Below the pieces are notes generated by a model. That model made no database searches and had not been told where the DNA came from. It saw only the letters and a list, made by a program, of their open reading frames with translations. Both the position numbers and the translations under genes were made by a program. DNA of 64,000 nucleotides from Diadema antillarum (lineage: Eukaryota). The stretch lies in contig NW_027271305.1 in assembly GCF_040938485.1 (NCBI RefSeq), positions 434,001 to 498,000 on the forward strand, in the 5' to 3' direction. Below are positions 13,901-25,924 of this stretch, piece after piece. Each line of letters begins with the position of its first letter. The stretch's first letter is position 1.

Positions 13901-16900
13901 GTGTTGTAGTCTTCTCATTTAGCTGTGACATCACTGAAATTTTAAATATTCTCAATTTTTCAACGGATTCTCCGAGATGTGTTCTGTACTGATATTGCTA
14001 CATTTTCTCAATCCGAATGTATATTTTGGTTTCGTTCCCTTTACTCTCTGCTATTATTACATTGATGTATCAGCGATACCATCGGAGATGTCAAAGGTGT
14101 TAAAAATTGGATAATAGTCTTTCAGACTGACAAAGCTTTTCATTCACGCTGATATTCCAAGGCCTATCCAATAAGCACTATCACAAGAGTTGAAATTATG
14201 ATTTTGATTATTGAACTGTCTTGCAGTCAAACATGAAAGTTTAGTTGTTCGTTTTAGTTCGCCGAAATGTCGATGAGTTTCTAGCTTTGAGAGGTAAAAT
14301 CATATTCATTGCTGAAAATGAATTATTAATTCCTTTACTTATCATGTAATATGGTATTACATAATCATTGTCGTGTAACAAGCATGGATAGACTGAGTGA
14401 GAAAATCTGAAATCATTCGGTCTTGGTATACAGTTCATATTCAGCAACAAAAGTCATTAGCACTCTAGAAATGAGGTTTCCTGCTAGTCTAAAGAAACGT
14501 ATACGTTTGTTTGAAGTGATAACTCTTTCAAAATAGCTCTCAAGTCCTGTTTGGAAAAAATAGATGACATTTTCCTGCTCATCCAAATAAAGATACAATC
14601 GGTTAGATTTAAATCTCTTTCAAATGTAAATCGGGGAGGGGGAATCCGCAAAAATAATTGAAATAATAATTAAAATAAGAGCTGTCCAGCACAACCAAAT
14701 CCTCGGGAAATTACGGATAAAGACGAAATCAAATCAGCTTGGCTACAAGTGGACGCAAAGATTTATTGCACCAAGTTTATATAGTAGACACATTAATGAC
14801 CTTCACCAGTTTCCAGGTAAGTGGTGAGGTGGTCGTGCACATTATTTGCATGACACAGAGATAAACAGAGGGTAAAAGCATCGACAGTTTTTTGCAGATC
14901 GAAAAGGCCACGCTATTGTCTATACCTGTCAAACCGTGAGAATATGAATAAGGCACAAAAAAAAATCCACTTCATGATCGATTCATTGCAACCGGTAAGA
15001 CATCCATTCATAGTATCCAACCAAAGTGTACTCGAGTATAGAAAAGGCTTGTATGACCATTTTTGTGGCGTGTGTTCTAACAGCTCTGTCTGCATGTAAT
15101 AACACAGCGGTAAACGAGGATACCTTGAACCAGAAACGACCAAATGTTTTATTCTATCATATTTTTAAACACACTTCGTGATTATATCAATGGCATCATT
15201 TTAGTCATGCTATCAGCATAATACAATATTCCAAATATTTAAAGCAAGACGACCACGAGTGACCATAATGGCCTTCACGGATCATTTATTGCACGGATGG
15301 TCAATATTATCGATGTTGTCATTGTACATATACTTCTAGAAAATTCATGCATGTACAACTGTATTATGTATGAATGTGTGCGCGCGCGTGTGTGTGTGTA
15401 CAGATGAACATGCCCATGTGTTTGTACCCGTCTCACCCTCCTCGTGTGTTTATACTGACATTTGTATCTAAATGAAAATGATATGCACATCAACAGGCTA
15501 TTAGATAGAATGGTTTCGCCAAAGGTCTAACCAATTACTAGTCTTTATATCAAACTGAGCATGTTCGACACCTCGATCGCTGCCTTCGCTCTCTGACATT
15601 TGCACATTTTGGTCGTCCTAATACGTTAACTCCATTACTGTATTTCCATAGAACAAAATGCGATACATAATACAAAGCATACAAGGAAGGAAGTAAGGAA
15701 TAACAAGTTAAAAGTATTGTACAAGTATACGTACAAAATAATAAGTGTTAGGTATAAAGTGAAACAATGCATGTTTGAAAAGTTGACGTTAAAGGACAAG
15801 TTCACCTTCATAGACATGTGGGTTGAGTGAATGCAGCGATATTAGTAGAACACATCAGCGAGAGTTTGAGCAAAATCGGACAATCCGTTAAAAAGTTATG
15901 AATTTTTGAAGTTTCTGCTCAGTCGCGGCTGGATGAAAAGACTACTATAGCTTGTGATGTCACATGAGTACAACGATATAAAGAAAGAATAAAGAAAATT
16001 CAACATATTTCCATTTTTCTCGCATAATAAAGGAACACTCGACTTCTCTCTTTCAGAAGGCAGGGGGAAAAATGTTACCCTTAACATACGTCAGTAGCAA
16101 GTCTAAGAAATGTGCACTTTATTCAGAAAGTAAAGTTTTGTGAAATTCTCTTTTTATTTTCCTTATATAATTGTACGCATGTGACATCATACACTGTAGT
16201 AGTCCTCTCTTCCAGCAGTGACTGCGCAGATACTTAAAATATTCGTAACTTTTGAACGGATTGTCCAATTTTCCTCAAACTTTCACTATTGTGTTCTACT
16301 AATATTGCTGCATTCTCTCAATCCTTATGTTTATGAAGGTGAACTTGTCCTTTAAGAAGTGAATAAAGAGATGGAAAAGAGAGAGCCACGGAAAACAGAG
16401 CTTGTAAGACGTGAATGCCTTGACAAACAATATGCAAATACATCTATCACAATTGTATCTGTGATACAGCTACTGCATTTGTTATCTGGATGATAAAGGC
16501 ATATATATTACGAATTTGTCAACAGTATAGTACAGAAGACATACGAATGCAAAAAAAAAAAGAAGAAGGAATGTCAATGTTGCAGCACATACATATTCAT
16601 TGAATCTGGCTGATATTATGTACAAATACACTAGGCCTTCAACCAACTTCCCTCGGTGTTCAATGACTTCCTAATTCCTAATTTAAATATTCATTCTTTC
16701 CCAATTCGCCGTTCATCTGATTATCATCTTGAAAACCAAAGAATTGTTTTAGCACAAAAATCCTTAAATCACCATAGTCCTCATGTTCGGATTTTTTTTT
16801 TTAAAAACAATGTAGATCTATTCATCTATTTAAAAGACAGCTTAAAGATAATGTTAAATCAATATAAAATAATGCCTGTTTGTTTTAATTTTGCATTGTG

Positions 16901-17044
16901 TTAGTAACAATGTTGGATACTTGAATTAAATGTTTATTTGTTTTAACTGTCAGATTCAAATTATACTGTGCTCAATTAGTTCGTTTAATTGACTTTGTAT
17001 TTCATTTATGTATGAACTAGAAATTCAGAAATCAAATCAAATCA

Positions 17045-17121
<77 letters not shown>

Positions 17122-20100
17122 TAGCATTATGATCCGGGGTATATAGGCACAATGACTATGATAACAGCATACATTATATCGTTTCATATAAGCCTACAGC
17201 TTGGTCCGTTGTACATCTATGAATTTGGGCACAGTGGATAAAATCACGGTCTCACAACCTGGGGTTATTTGGTTCAAGTCCCCTATGTATATAGCTGTAG
17301 TTGCCTGACCCCTTATACGTATATTATGCATAGTTCAAGGACTATTTCTTCATTGCCAAGGTCTACAAACCGTCGTGGTAGCTTGTTCGCTTAGTGACCA
17401 AGTGAAATAATCAAAGCACAAATACAAGCAAGAATTGTTACGTCCTGTTTTTCTCACTTCGAGATACAATCTTCACTTATATAAAAGAAACATATAGCAC
17501 AGAGATGAAGCCATCTAAACCAAGAGGTAATAACAAATTTTGGGCATATTTTTCCCAGAGGCCCTTTATTATGGATGAGAATCTTATATAGCAGCGTGAT
17601 GATTAGAAGCATATTACAATCACTATGATAATAATCTGTATTGTTAAGAGGAACGTTTTTTTTTACCTTTTATCTATTACCTGTTATGTTTTTACCTATT
17701 GCTACATTCTTGGACAAAGCTGCTATTCTCGTAACTTTGTGTCGACAACCTTGCCCTTAATTTGCACAAAATCGCATTCTCCTACTTTTTTTTTCATGTT
17801 GTTATTATGTCATCAACAAAAAGACGTATTACACAACTGACTTAATCTGCCCGTGACCTTTAAGATCTCCTTTTACATAGAGACTTTGTTCATTATACAA
17901 GGTTGGGGCAAAGATGTACAACCGTGGTTGCCTCGATTGCTCTTTGCACTCGATTGAACATTGGCACAACACAATAGTAATACAGCTGTACTCGTAACCG
18001 GAATTATTGAAAGGGCGGAGTGAATAGCGCCCACATGGTCCAATTAGAGAGGGATTAGAGCCTTATCAGTTCATTTTATTGCAATTGTTATACCATTCTT
18101 TGCTTGCTCACTCGTGACCCAGAAATTGATTGAAAATGATTGATGAATTGACCGCGCATTATCGCTTTGACTTCAGACTGACGTATAATGAGAGATGCTT
18201 GATGAGCTGTGGATTGTACGGGTCGCCTTGCATCAAGGGCTAACATCATGTAAATTATCGTTGCTATACACCTGTATTGTTTTTCGTAAGAGTTGCATAA
18301 GTGTAATATAAAAGCGTATGTATTGTAATATAATCTTATAGGAAGGGTAAAGAAACATTGGACTTGTACTATGGGGCGAATGGAGCAACCAAAGAGTACT
18401 TTTCTTGAATTAGACCAAAGCCATTTATTTGTAAAAACAAATCACAGAAATAACCCAAATGAAATTTGCCTATTGTTAAAGGGATCGTACAGTTTTGGTT
18501 GAGACCTATTTTCAGGTTTCTAACATTTTTTGTTGAAATAATGAGAAACTTCTTATGAAATATGAAAGAGCATGTAATTCTATGAGGAATTCAATGTTTA
18601 TTTGATGAAAATTGGTTTTGAAATGGCTGAGATATCAAAAAAGAACGATTCTAATAAAGTGTGGGACCCACACTTTATTACGATCGCTTTGTTTTACTTT
18701 GTTTTTTGATGTTTCAGTCATTCCAAACCCGATTTTCATCAAATAAACTTTGAATTCCTCTTAAAATGGTATGTTCTGTACTATATCATAAGTGTTTTCT
18801 TGGTATCTCGCAAAAAGTTAAAAACCCAATTCTCATCTCCACCAAAACTGTACTATCCCTTTAAACTGGACAAAAGCCCTCATCTTTCCTGAATATCAAA
18901 CACATGTCATGCTTTCAGACCTACGAACCGAAGAGAAGTACGTTAATTTTCTGCCAGTTTTTTTTTTTTTATAAGAGCTTGACTCTAGTCCAGTCTCCAT
19001 GCCAACAATTATGTTTTTTTTATTGCTTTAGGTAATGAATCGTCCTGTTGTTTGCTGTTGTTGTTGTTTTTTTCCGATTCACAATGGAGAGAATTTGGCT
19101 TAACACTTTTTTGTCATTTTCATCTCATGACAATGAATGCGGTAACTTGAAGACTGGGCCCCAAATGAACCCAATAGTAACGGGAATGAACCCTGTGCTG
19201 AAATTACCGGTTCCGGTTTCTGGAATGATAACCCGTGCTGGGATTCGTCAAAGAAAGTCGTCTGCGAGAAACCTTGTGAGTATTAATTATCTCAAATACA
19301 CTGCATTGCCCAGTCGATATATATACTTGAAAGAACACAGTGTCCCAAAGTGTGTTCACAGTGTGGTCACGTGGTCGACTATGTGAAAACGCTTGAATGT
19401 AACAAAGTGGAGATGATTTCACACTGTGGTTTGGTTTTCACAGGGTGTTCACATGGCACATGGTATATAATGCTCTATATCACGGCACTGTGAATTGATA
19501 ATTCACAATGTGGTCACACTGTTAAAACACTCGAAGCGATTTCACACTGTGTTCACAATGTGTTCACATTGCATTTCTCACTCTGTGGGACACTGTTTTT
19601 CCAGCAGAGATATCACTTCCAATTCAAAGCTCAGATCCTCAAATATAATAATGCTCAAGTTGTCTCAATGGCGCAAAATCAGAATGAAGAATAGTAGAGG
19701 TTTCGTCAAAAGTAGTATATGTTGTCTTTAAAGTTTCCTTCGCTTCTTTTTTGCTATTATATTTTCTTTCTCCCGAGTTGTAGCGAACAAGGTAAAGGTC
19801 TCATGCATGCTAAGTGATGTGCGCATTTGCACACAAAGTATAATCCATGATTACTTTTACTATAATGAGAAAGCATGATTCCACCATGTCACATGTTTGC
19901 TGAGGGAGCGATGTCATCTTCGCCTAACTCCCATCATGCCTGTCTGCATTTGTGTATATAATCAGTAAAGTCATGTTTGCGGTTAGTTGTTAGAGTCCAT
20001 AATATGCTCTTCTTGTTAATTTCAAGTTAGAATGAACAGAAATTAACTTTCCTCAAATTTGTATGTTGGTCCGTGCATGGGGAGACTCGTGAGGTTATAA

Positions 20101-21916
20101 CATCATCACCTCATTAATGTCCATTATGTGCTTGCTAATATCATAACACTGTTTTATAAACGATTTTGAAACTCTATAAGGGCATAACTGTATCAATGAT
20201 AAGGCTGATTTTGAAAAAGAGCCTCTACCATTCTTTTTATTTGGATTCACTTTATTTAGTATAAATCAACTTGAATCTGTATCGAGCCAGCTAGCATATA
20301 GGCCTAGACTGTTCATTATAACAAGTAAGGTACAGTGCATTATGACAACGAACGAAATGTGTCTATGAATAGATATAGCAGCATGAGCTCCTACAAAGAA
20401 AGGCTTGATATACTTAGTTTGTATATATAATTTATTTAATTCCTAACTGGATTTGGAATGACACTCTGTTTATGTTGTAATGCTCATTCTCTGAATATTA
20501 AATTTTCCACAATCATTGTGTGTTCAAACATGATTTGATAATACGGCATGATGCTCAATCAAGGACTTCATCAAAACTTACACCAGGGTAATATTTACGT
20601 GCAAACCTAATTGGCCTATCCAGATTCATTTGCCATTCTTATGTGATGAGTGTAACATAAATGAAGCTGTGATTACTATAGCAGTGTAAGTGGTGTTGAC
20701 AGTGTGATAATGATAACCATAGCAACAGTGACAATAATGATAGCACTAATATTTACGATACGTTTGATCCTCCCAGTTCTACAACAATACCTCTTACAAT
20801 GCTATACCTTTTTTTTTTTTCTTCTATTTCTTCTATTCCCTTATTCTGGTCGAAACTTTGACTACAACACAACTGCTGTCTCTCTATTTAGCCTTCTCTA
20901 CAACCTTTTCATAAACGAGTATATTGAAAATGTTCCTAGTATATTTGAGAATATGTTTAAGTGCAACTCATCTCTTCATACTTATAATAGATAGCAGAAA
21001 TTATTGTTACATAAACCAACAGGACTCAAGCATTCAAATCATTACGATAAGCAGGAATAATCATATAGAATGATTTAAATGAAAATGTGAAATCATGCTA
21101 AATTTTGTCAAGTTTCAAAGTGATATGAACAAGGGAAATATTTAACAAAATGAGAATTTGGAAAGTGAAATTTTGATTGTTTTGTAATCATGTCGCTTAT
21201 GCTTATACATTTTTACTTTACATTCTAAAATATAATCTGTTTATGCATGATTTTCGTTTAATTGTAAACTGTAGAAAAGTGCTTGTGTGTGAGTGGGTGG
21301 GTAATGTGTTAAACTTTTAAGATGTTTGTATAATATGAAGTTTGATTTCTGTCAGAATAAGATTTTGTTACTGGGCCCCATCGATAGACGCCCTCATTCA
21401 CAGGGGTCCATAACCTTTCAATGTCTTTTATATATGTACACTTTTCGATATCATTACATGCATATTTTTGTTTGCTTGTGAGTGTGTATACGTATGTTTT
21501 TACTGAATGGTTGAGTAAAATTGAATTGACCACAAAAAAAGAAGAAGAAGAAAAACAATGATTGAGTAACAAAGGTTTGGTTTATAGTGGAAGCTGTCCT
21601 CTCAGTTCATTCCAGCACGACCGTACCAATGAGCACAACGCTTTCAGGACCAACTGCGACAAACTTTCGTAGCGCTCTCTTGTGGAAAGACGTCATCAAT
21701 CCAGGCCGCTGCCTACAAAACCACGTGATGCTCTCTTTTCATACGTCATCACCAATTCGTTGCGCCAGCGCTTGTCTGATGAACGGCGGATGCGTCTCGC
21801 TGAACTTTTACCCGGACGCGCAACTTTGCCAGCTCAACAACGAAGACAAAAACTCTGCATTGCACGATTATGTGAAAATCGATAGGTGCGAGTTTTTCAG
21901 GTTTTTCTCGAGTTAG
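10970..21916 (+). CDS. Secreted C-type lectin domain + Ser/Thr linker + PAN/Apple domain protein, 4 exons, 263 aa
   Basis: Exons: 10970-11060 (signal peptide MTQTGASGSRLPTFVLLLSIAGLQVSAEAA); 12491-12739 (CEVDW..GCYY..WDNAQVWC..SPEEN..WLNC); 19153-19275 (NWAPNEPNSNGNEPCAEITGSGFWNDNPCWDSSKKVVCEKP, with EPN and WND); 21588-21916 (S/T linker, then CLQNH..RCASAC..CVSLNF..CQLN..C, a six-Cys PAN-type pattern, stop TAG). All introns are GT-AG and phase 1; total 792 nt. Confidence 0.9.
11631..12065. mobile_element. TTAA-initiated non-autonomous DNA transposon fragment (Kolobok-like), lectin intron 1
   Basis: Starts TTAAAGGGGAAATCCAGTC, matching the TTAAAGG terminus of other elements in this window. 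The right terminus was not found, so it is probably truncated. Confidence 0.5.
12756..14044. mobile_element. Older, interrupted copy of the TTAA-flanked element family seen at 15789-16355
   Basis: Begins TTAAAGGTGAA 16 nt after the exon 2 donor. 12805-12945 and about 13660-14040 match segments of the 15789-16355 element (gaacacatcagc..ggttatgaattttt; caacggatt..gatattgctacatt). Ends CCCTTTAC. Confidence 0.55.
15789..16355. mobile_element. Non-autonomous TIR element with TTAA target duplication (Kolobok-like MITE)
   Basis: Left TTAA|AGGACAAGTTCACCTTCATA and right TATGAAGGTGAACTTGTCCT|TTAA. The imperfect inverted repeat extends about 100 bp. No ORF. Confidence 0.85.
17029..17118. repeat. (AAATC)n/(AATC)n microsatellite
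   Basis: Direct reading of the sequence. Confidence 0.95.
17226..17380 (+). mobile_element. Degenerate tRNA-derived SINE
   Basis: A-box-like TGGGCACAGTGG (17226-17237) and B-box-like GGTTCAAGTCC (17271-17281) at tRNA-like spacing, followed by caaggact..cttcattgcc. It does not fold as an intact cloverleaf. Confidence 0.4.
18476..18864. mobile_element. Non-autonomous TIR element with TTAA target duplication (Kolobok-like MITE, second family)
   Basis: Left TTAA|AGGGATCGTACAGTTTTGGT and right ACCAAAACTGTACTATCCCT|TTAA. Related copies lie at 27624-27992 and 30830-31070. Confidence 0.85.
19334..19600. mobile_element. Small MITE-like element with internal CACAGTGTG/CACACTGTG repeats, about 60 bp after lectin exon 3
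   Basis: Ends ACAGTGTCCCA (left) and TGGGACACTGT (right) are inverted; the interior is an array of ttcacactgtg-type motifs. Confidence 0.6.
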
Positions 21917-24070
21917 GATTGTCTCCCTCTAATGTAATATATCGTATCTTAAATCGATGGTGTAAATGGAAATTTACTTCAAACACGCATAGGTGAAACC
22001 ATTGAATGCGGAAAAATCGGCAGATCATTTGGATAAGTAGGAAAGTTTGAGGAAACTTGGATATGCCGTTATAAACCTGGGCATTTTGAAAAATCATAAA
22101 TTATGAAAATTCATTCTGTATGAAATCTACACAATTCTCTCGACTTGTCAATGACATAACGGTGATAATATGCCCTGAAAGAGACAAGTCAATTGCTCCT
22201 TATGTTTATGTTTTCTTTATGATTGAAAAGGAAAATAAATGTAACATTGTCCTAGTCTTAATATCTTTCTACTTCACTGTGACGTCAAAAACTGTTGTAG
22301 CCTTCTTAGGCGATGCGATAGGGGCATCAAAGCTTTGACAATTCATTACATTTGAATGGATTGGTCGCTTTTCCTCGGATAGTGTGTTCTATATACCGCT
22401 ATTTCTGCTTTCATTAATTTGCATAATATTTGGGTATATACACCTCTAAGACAATAATTAGGAGAGAAAAATAGATAGACTGTAATTGAAAATTGAATAC
22501 AACTAATACTCTTGTTATCTCCGTAATCTTACCTCCCATAATGGTCGCTTTGATAGGAAAATGCTTAATTTCTGCCTTCAAAGTAAATGGCATATGATAT
22601 AAATAGGTTTTTATGTTAATGAATGTAATGTGACATATTGATGAAATTATTGATGATGATTAAGTTTCTGTATCATTATGAAGCTAAACGTTCTACACAA
22701 ACATTGCTTCTTTAGCATTCGTCTCTATTTCCAGCATTTTCATATACTTGTTTTTTTTTTACCTTCTGTATCAAATGCATACTTCAAAATTTCGTTTATT
22801 GTATTTTAAAATGCTAGAACCGTGTATTGCACTTATTTTCTGTAAAATTCTGTAAATGCTCGTGTTGGAGATGGATGCTTTAAAGGTTAAATGAAAAGAT
22901 TAAATTTTCATGACCGCAAGGAATCACTCGGATAAAGAAGCTCTGATGTGTATCGACGGGGTCATCCCACGAGACTGACATGCAAATGAGGATATTGTGC
23001 TTGCAGGCCCTAAACATGGAGATTTAGAATCACATAAATTTACTTAAACAGATAGCAGGTTATTTGCTCAACGGAAGGATGGATGAAAGACTTTTTATAA
23101 GATAGAGACAATAGATGGCCATACAAATACTTTGCTTTGTGTGTTTATTGCAATGTAAGTTAATTAGTATTAATCAATTTAGTTCAAATTTCATTTTTAT
23201 ATTTCCACGTTTCAAAAGCACATACAATGCAATTTGATTGTTTTTGGGCATGTATTTGCATAAAATATAAAAAAGCAAAGATAGCAATGTTTTATGTGTA
23301 TAATGAAGAAAAACACGCAAACNNNNNNNNNNNNNNNNNNNNNNNNNNNNNNNNNNNNNNNNNNNNNNNNNNNNNNNNNNNNNNNNNNNNNNNNNNNNNN
23401 NNNNNNNNNNNNNNNNNNNNNNNNNNNNNNNNNNNNNNNNNNNNNNNNNNNNNNNNNNNNNCTGCCGTAAGGACCTCTCTTGAAACCAGGTCTAATACTG
23501 AAAGGGCAATCCTTACCATTTATGAAAAATAAATACAAAGAGATCAAGAAGAAACTCACGGCATCTTCATTATAATTTGTAGCGTTGTGTGCTTTCCGTT
23601 GCCTTCTGAGTAAAAGCACTGCTGATGGACTGCATTTGAAGCCAGATCATTGATGATTACACACCACAGTTTTGTCAAATGAATTGACATCTATCAGATT
23701 ATATGTTGTATAGTGTGAATTGTAGGGACTTACGTAATTCATTCATATCAAGATAGTAGAATTTGGTCTGTGATAGTTCCTTTTTGACTAGTAAAATTGG
23801 AATAATTATCGCTTTATTTGTCACTAACCCTGTTGGGGGACGGGGGAGGGGGAGGAATATCATCAAATACAAGATGGTACATGTACATAGGAACAGGTCT
23901 GTAATGGTTCCCTACCCAGCATCGCTTTTAACCTTCATCGTAATCGTATGCTGATGCTATGATAAGGTTCACTTTCACAACAGCATCAGAGCATCTAGTT
24001 GCGTGTTACGGCAATACCAGCTCTTTGAGATGAATGTGTGTGTGTGTGTGCGTGCGTGCGTGTGTGCAGA

Positions 24071-25879
24071 CAGTGGCGTATCTAGGGAAAACGGCGCCCG
24101 GGGCAAGCGCGAAAATTGCGCCCCTAATTTCTGAAAAAGTGTTCAACCCTATACCCATCCCGGTAGGGACTTTATTTGTTTGTTTGTTTTTACTTCCGAC
24201 TTCATATAAAAATACACACATTACAAGTTACATATACATTGCATATACGTACAGAAGAAACGGGGGATTGCCTGTTCAGTCATATTTTCAAAATATGTCT
24301 GTTCTTCCACATGGTCCCGATATAATACGCTTTAAACAAAGTCCATATGATATGCTTTTTCAAGCACTTAAAAGGGGTCTTTTGAGGGTGATTCAAATGT
24401 AATGAATTTTGATAAATTGTGGCGAACGAGCGCAGCGAGAGAGCCAAAAATTTTTGCATTTCAGCTTACAAAACATGGAATTCTTGTCATTTTTTGCTAA
24501 TCATATCTTACATTATTTCCGCGTCATCATCACGTTTTGTTATTATCTCTTTTTTTTTTTTTTGGTAAATTTTGGCGAGCGAGCGCAGCGAGCGAGCCGG
24601 AAAATTTTGTATTTCAGCTTACAAAACTTGGAATTCTTGTAATTTTTTTCTTATCAAATCTTACAATTCTAATCAAGCTATAGTGACGACCTTATAGATA
24701 ACGATTTATACCAACAAACTGAGGACTTGAAAAAATACTCCAAATTAGTACGAGCGAGTGAGCCGAAATTTGTATATTTCCGCGTCATAATTACGTTTTG
24801 TTCTTATCTTTTTTTATTTGTTTTTTTCCGCCCCCCCCCCCCCACGTATGTTCGAAACCGTTGGCGTCCTCTTTTGATCCAATCGGCGATCGCTTCAGAA
24901 CGAATGAAATTGCAGCCGCTGCTCCGTGTAACATTTTTCCTGCTAAATATAAAATGACACGTGTGAACACGATAGATATTGTAATTTTGTCCGCGTCATC
25001 GTCACGTTTTGTTCTTATCTTTCTCTTCCTTTTTTTTTTTTTTGGATAAATTTTGGCGAGCGAGCGTAGCAAGCGAGCTGAAAATTTTTGTATTTCAGCT
25101 TACAAAACATGGAACTCTTGTCATTTTTTGCGTATTAAATCTTACAATTCTAATCAAGATATAGTGACGACCTTATAGATGACAATTTATACCAACAAAC
25201 TGAAGACTTGAAAAAATACTCTAAATTAGTACGAGTGAGTGAGCCGAAGTTTGTATATTTCCACGTCATCATTAAGTTTTGTTATTATCTTGTTTGATTT
25301 GTTGTTGTTTTTTTGCCCCCCCCCCCCGTATGTTCGAAACCGTTGGCGCCTTCTTTTGATCCAATTGGCTATCGCTTCAGAACGAAAGAAATTGCAGCCG
25401 CTGCTCCGTGAAACATTTTGCCTACTAAATATAAAATGACATGAATGAACACAATAGACATTGTCATTTTGTCCACGTTATCATCACGTTTTGTTCTCAC
25501 CTTCTTTTTTTATATAAATTTTGGCGAGCGAACGCAGCGAGCGAGCCGAAAATTTTTGTATGTCAGCTTACAGAACATGGAATTCTTGTGTAAACACAAT
25601 AAACATTGTCATTTTGTCCGCGTCATCATCATGTTTTGTTTTTATCTTGTTTGATTTGGTTTTCTGCCCCCCCCCCCCCACCATTCTCCCTCCCTTTCCG
25701 GGCGATTTTTTTCTTCTTCTTCTTTTCTTTTCTTTTTTCTTTTTTTTTTTCTTCTTCTTCATTTTTTTCTTTTTTTTCTTCTTCTTCGTTTTTTTTTTTT
25801 CGTTTTTTGCGCCCCCAAGGAGTGGTGCCCGGGGCACGTGCCCCCCTTGCCCCCCCCCCCCCCCCTAGATACGCCACTG
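24071..25879. mobile_element. Non-autonomous DNA transposon (CAG-terminated, hAT-like) with internal ~480-bp tandem units
   Basis: Perfect 16-bp TIR CAGTGGCGTATCTAGG / CCTAGATACGCCACTG, inserted in a (TG)n tract. GGCGAGCGAGCGCAGCGAGC blocks at about 24421, 24575, 25056 and 25523. The unit ttctaatcaag.tatagtgacgacc repeats at about 24668 and 25148. No clear TSD. Confidence 0.8.
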
Positions 25880-25924
25880 CGTGTGTGTGTGTGTGTGTGT
25901 GTGTTGTTTTTTTTTTTTTTTTTT

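Noticed and set aside
14817-14897. Textbook 81-nt GTAAGT...TTTTTTGCAG intron inside lectin intron 2
   Set aside because: Splicing gives only short peptides in the frames I checked. It could belong to a non-coding transcript, but nothing else supports one.
17226-17290. tRNA gene
   Set aside because: It has only A/B-box-like motifs and no intact cloverleaf, so I treated it as a degenerate SINE.
19048-19386. 112-aa ORF from the track
   Set aside because: Wrong frame. The real coding content is lectin exon 3 (19153-19275) in another frame.
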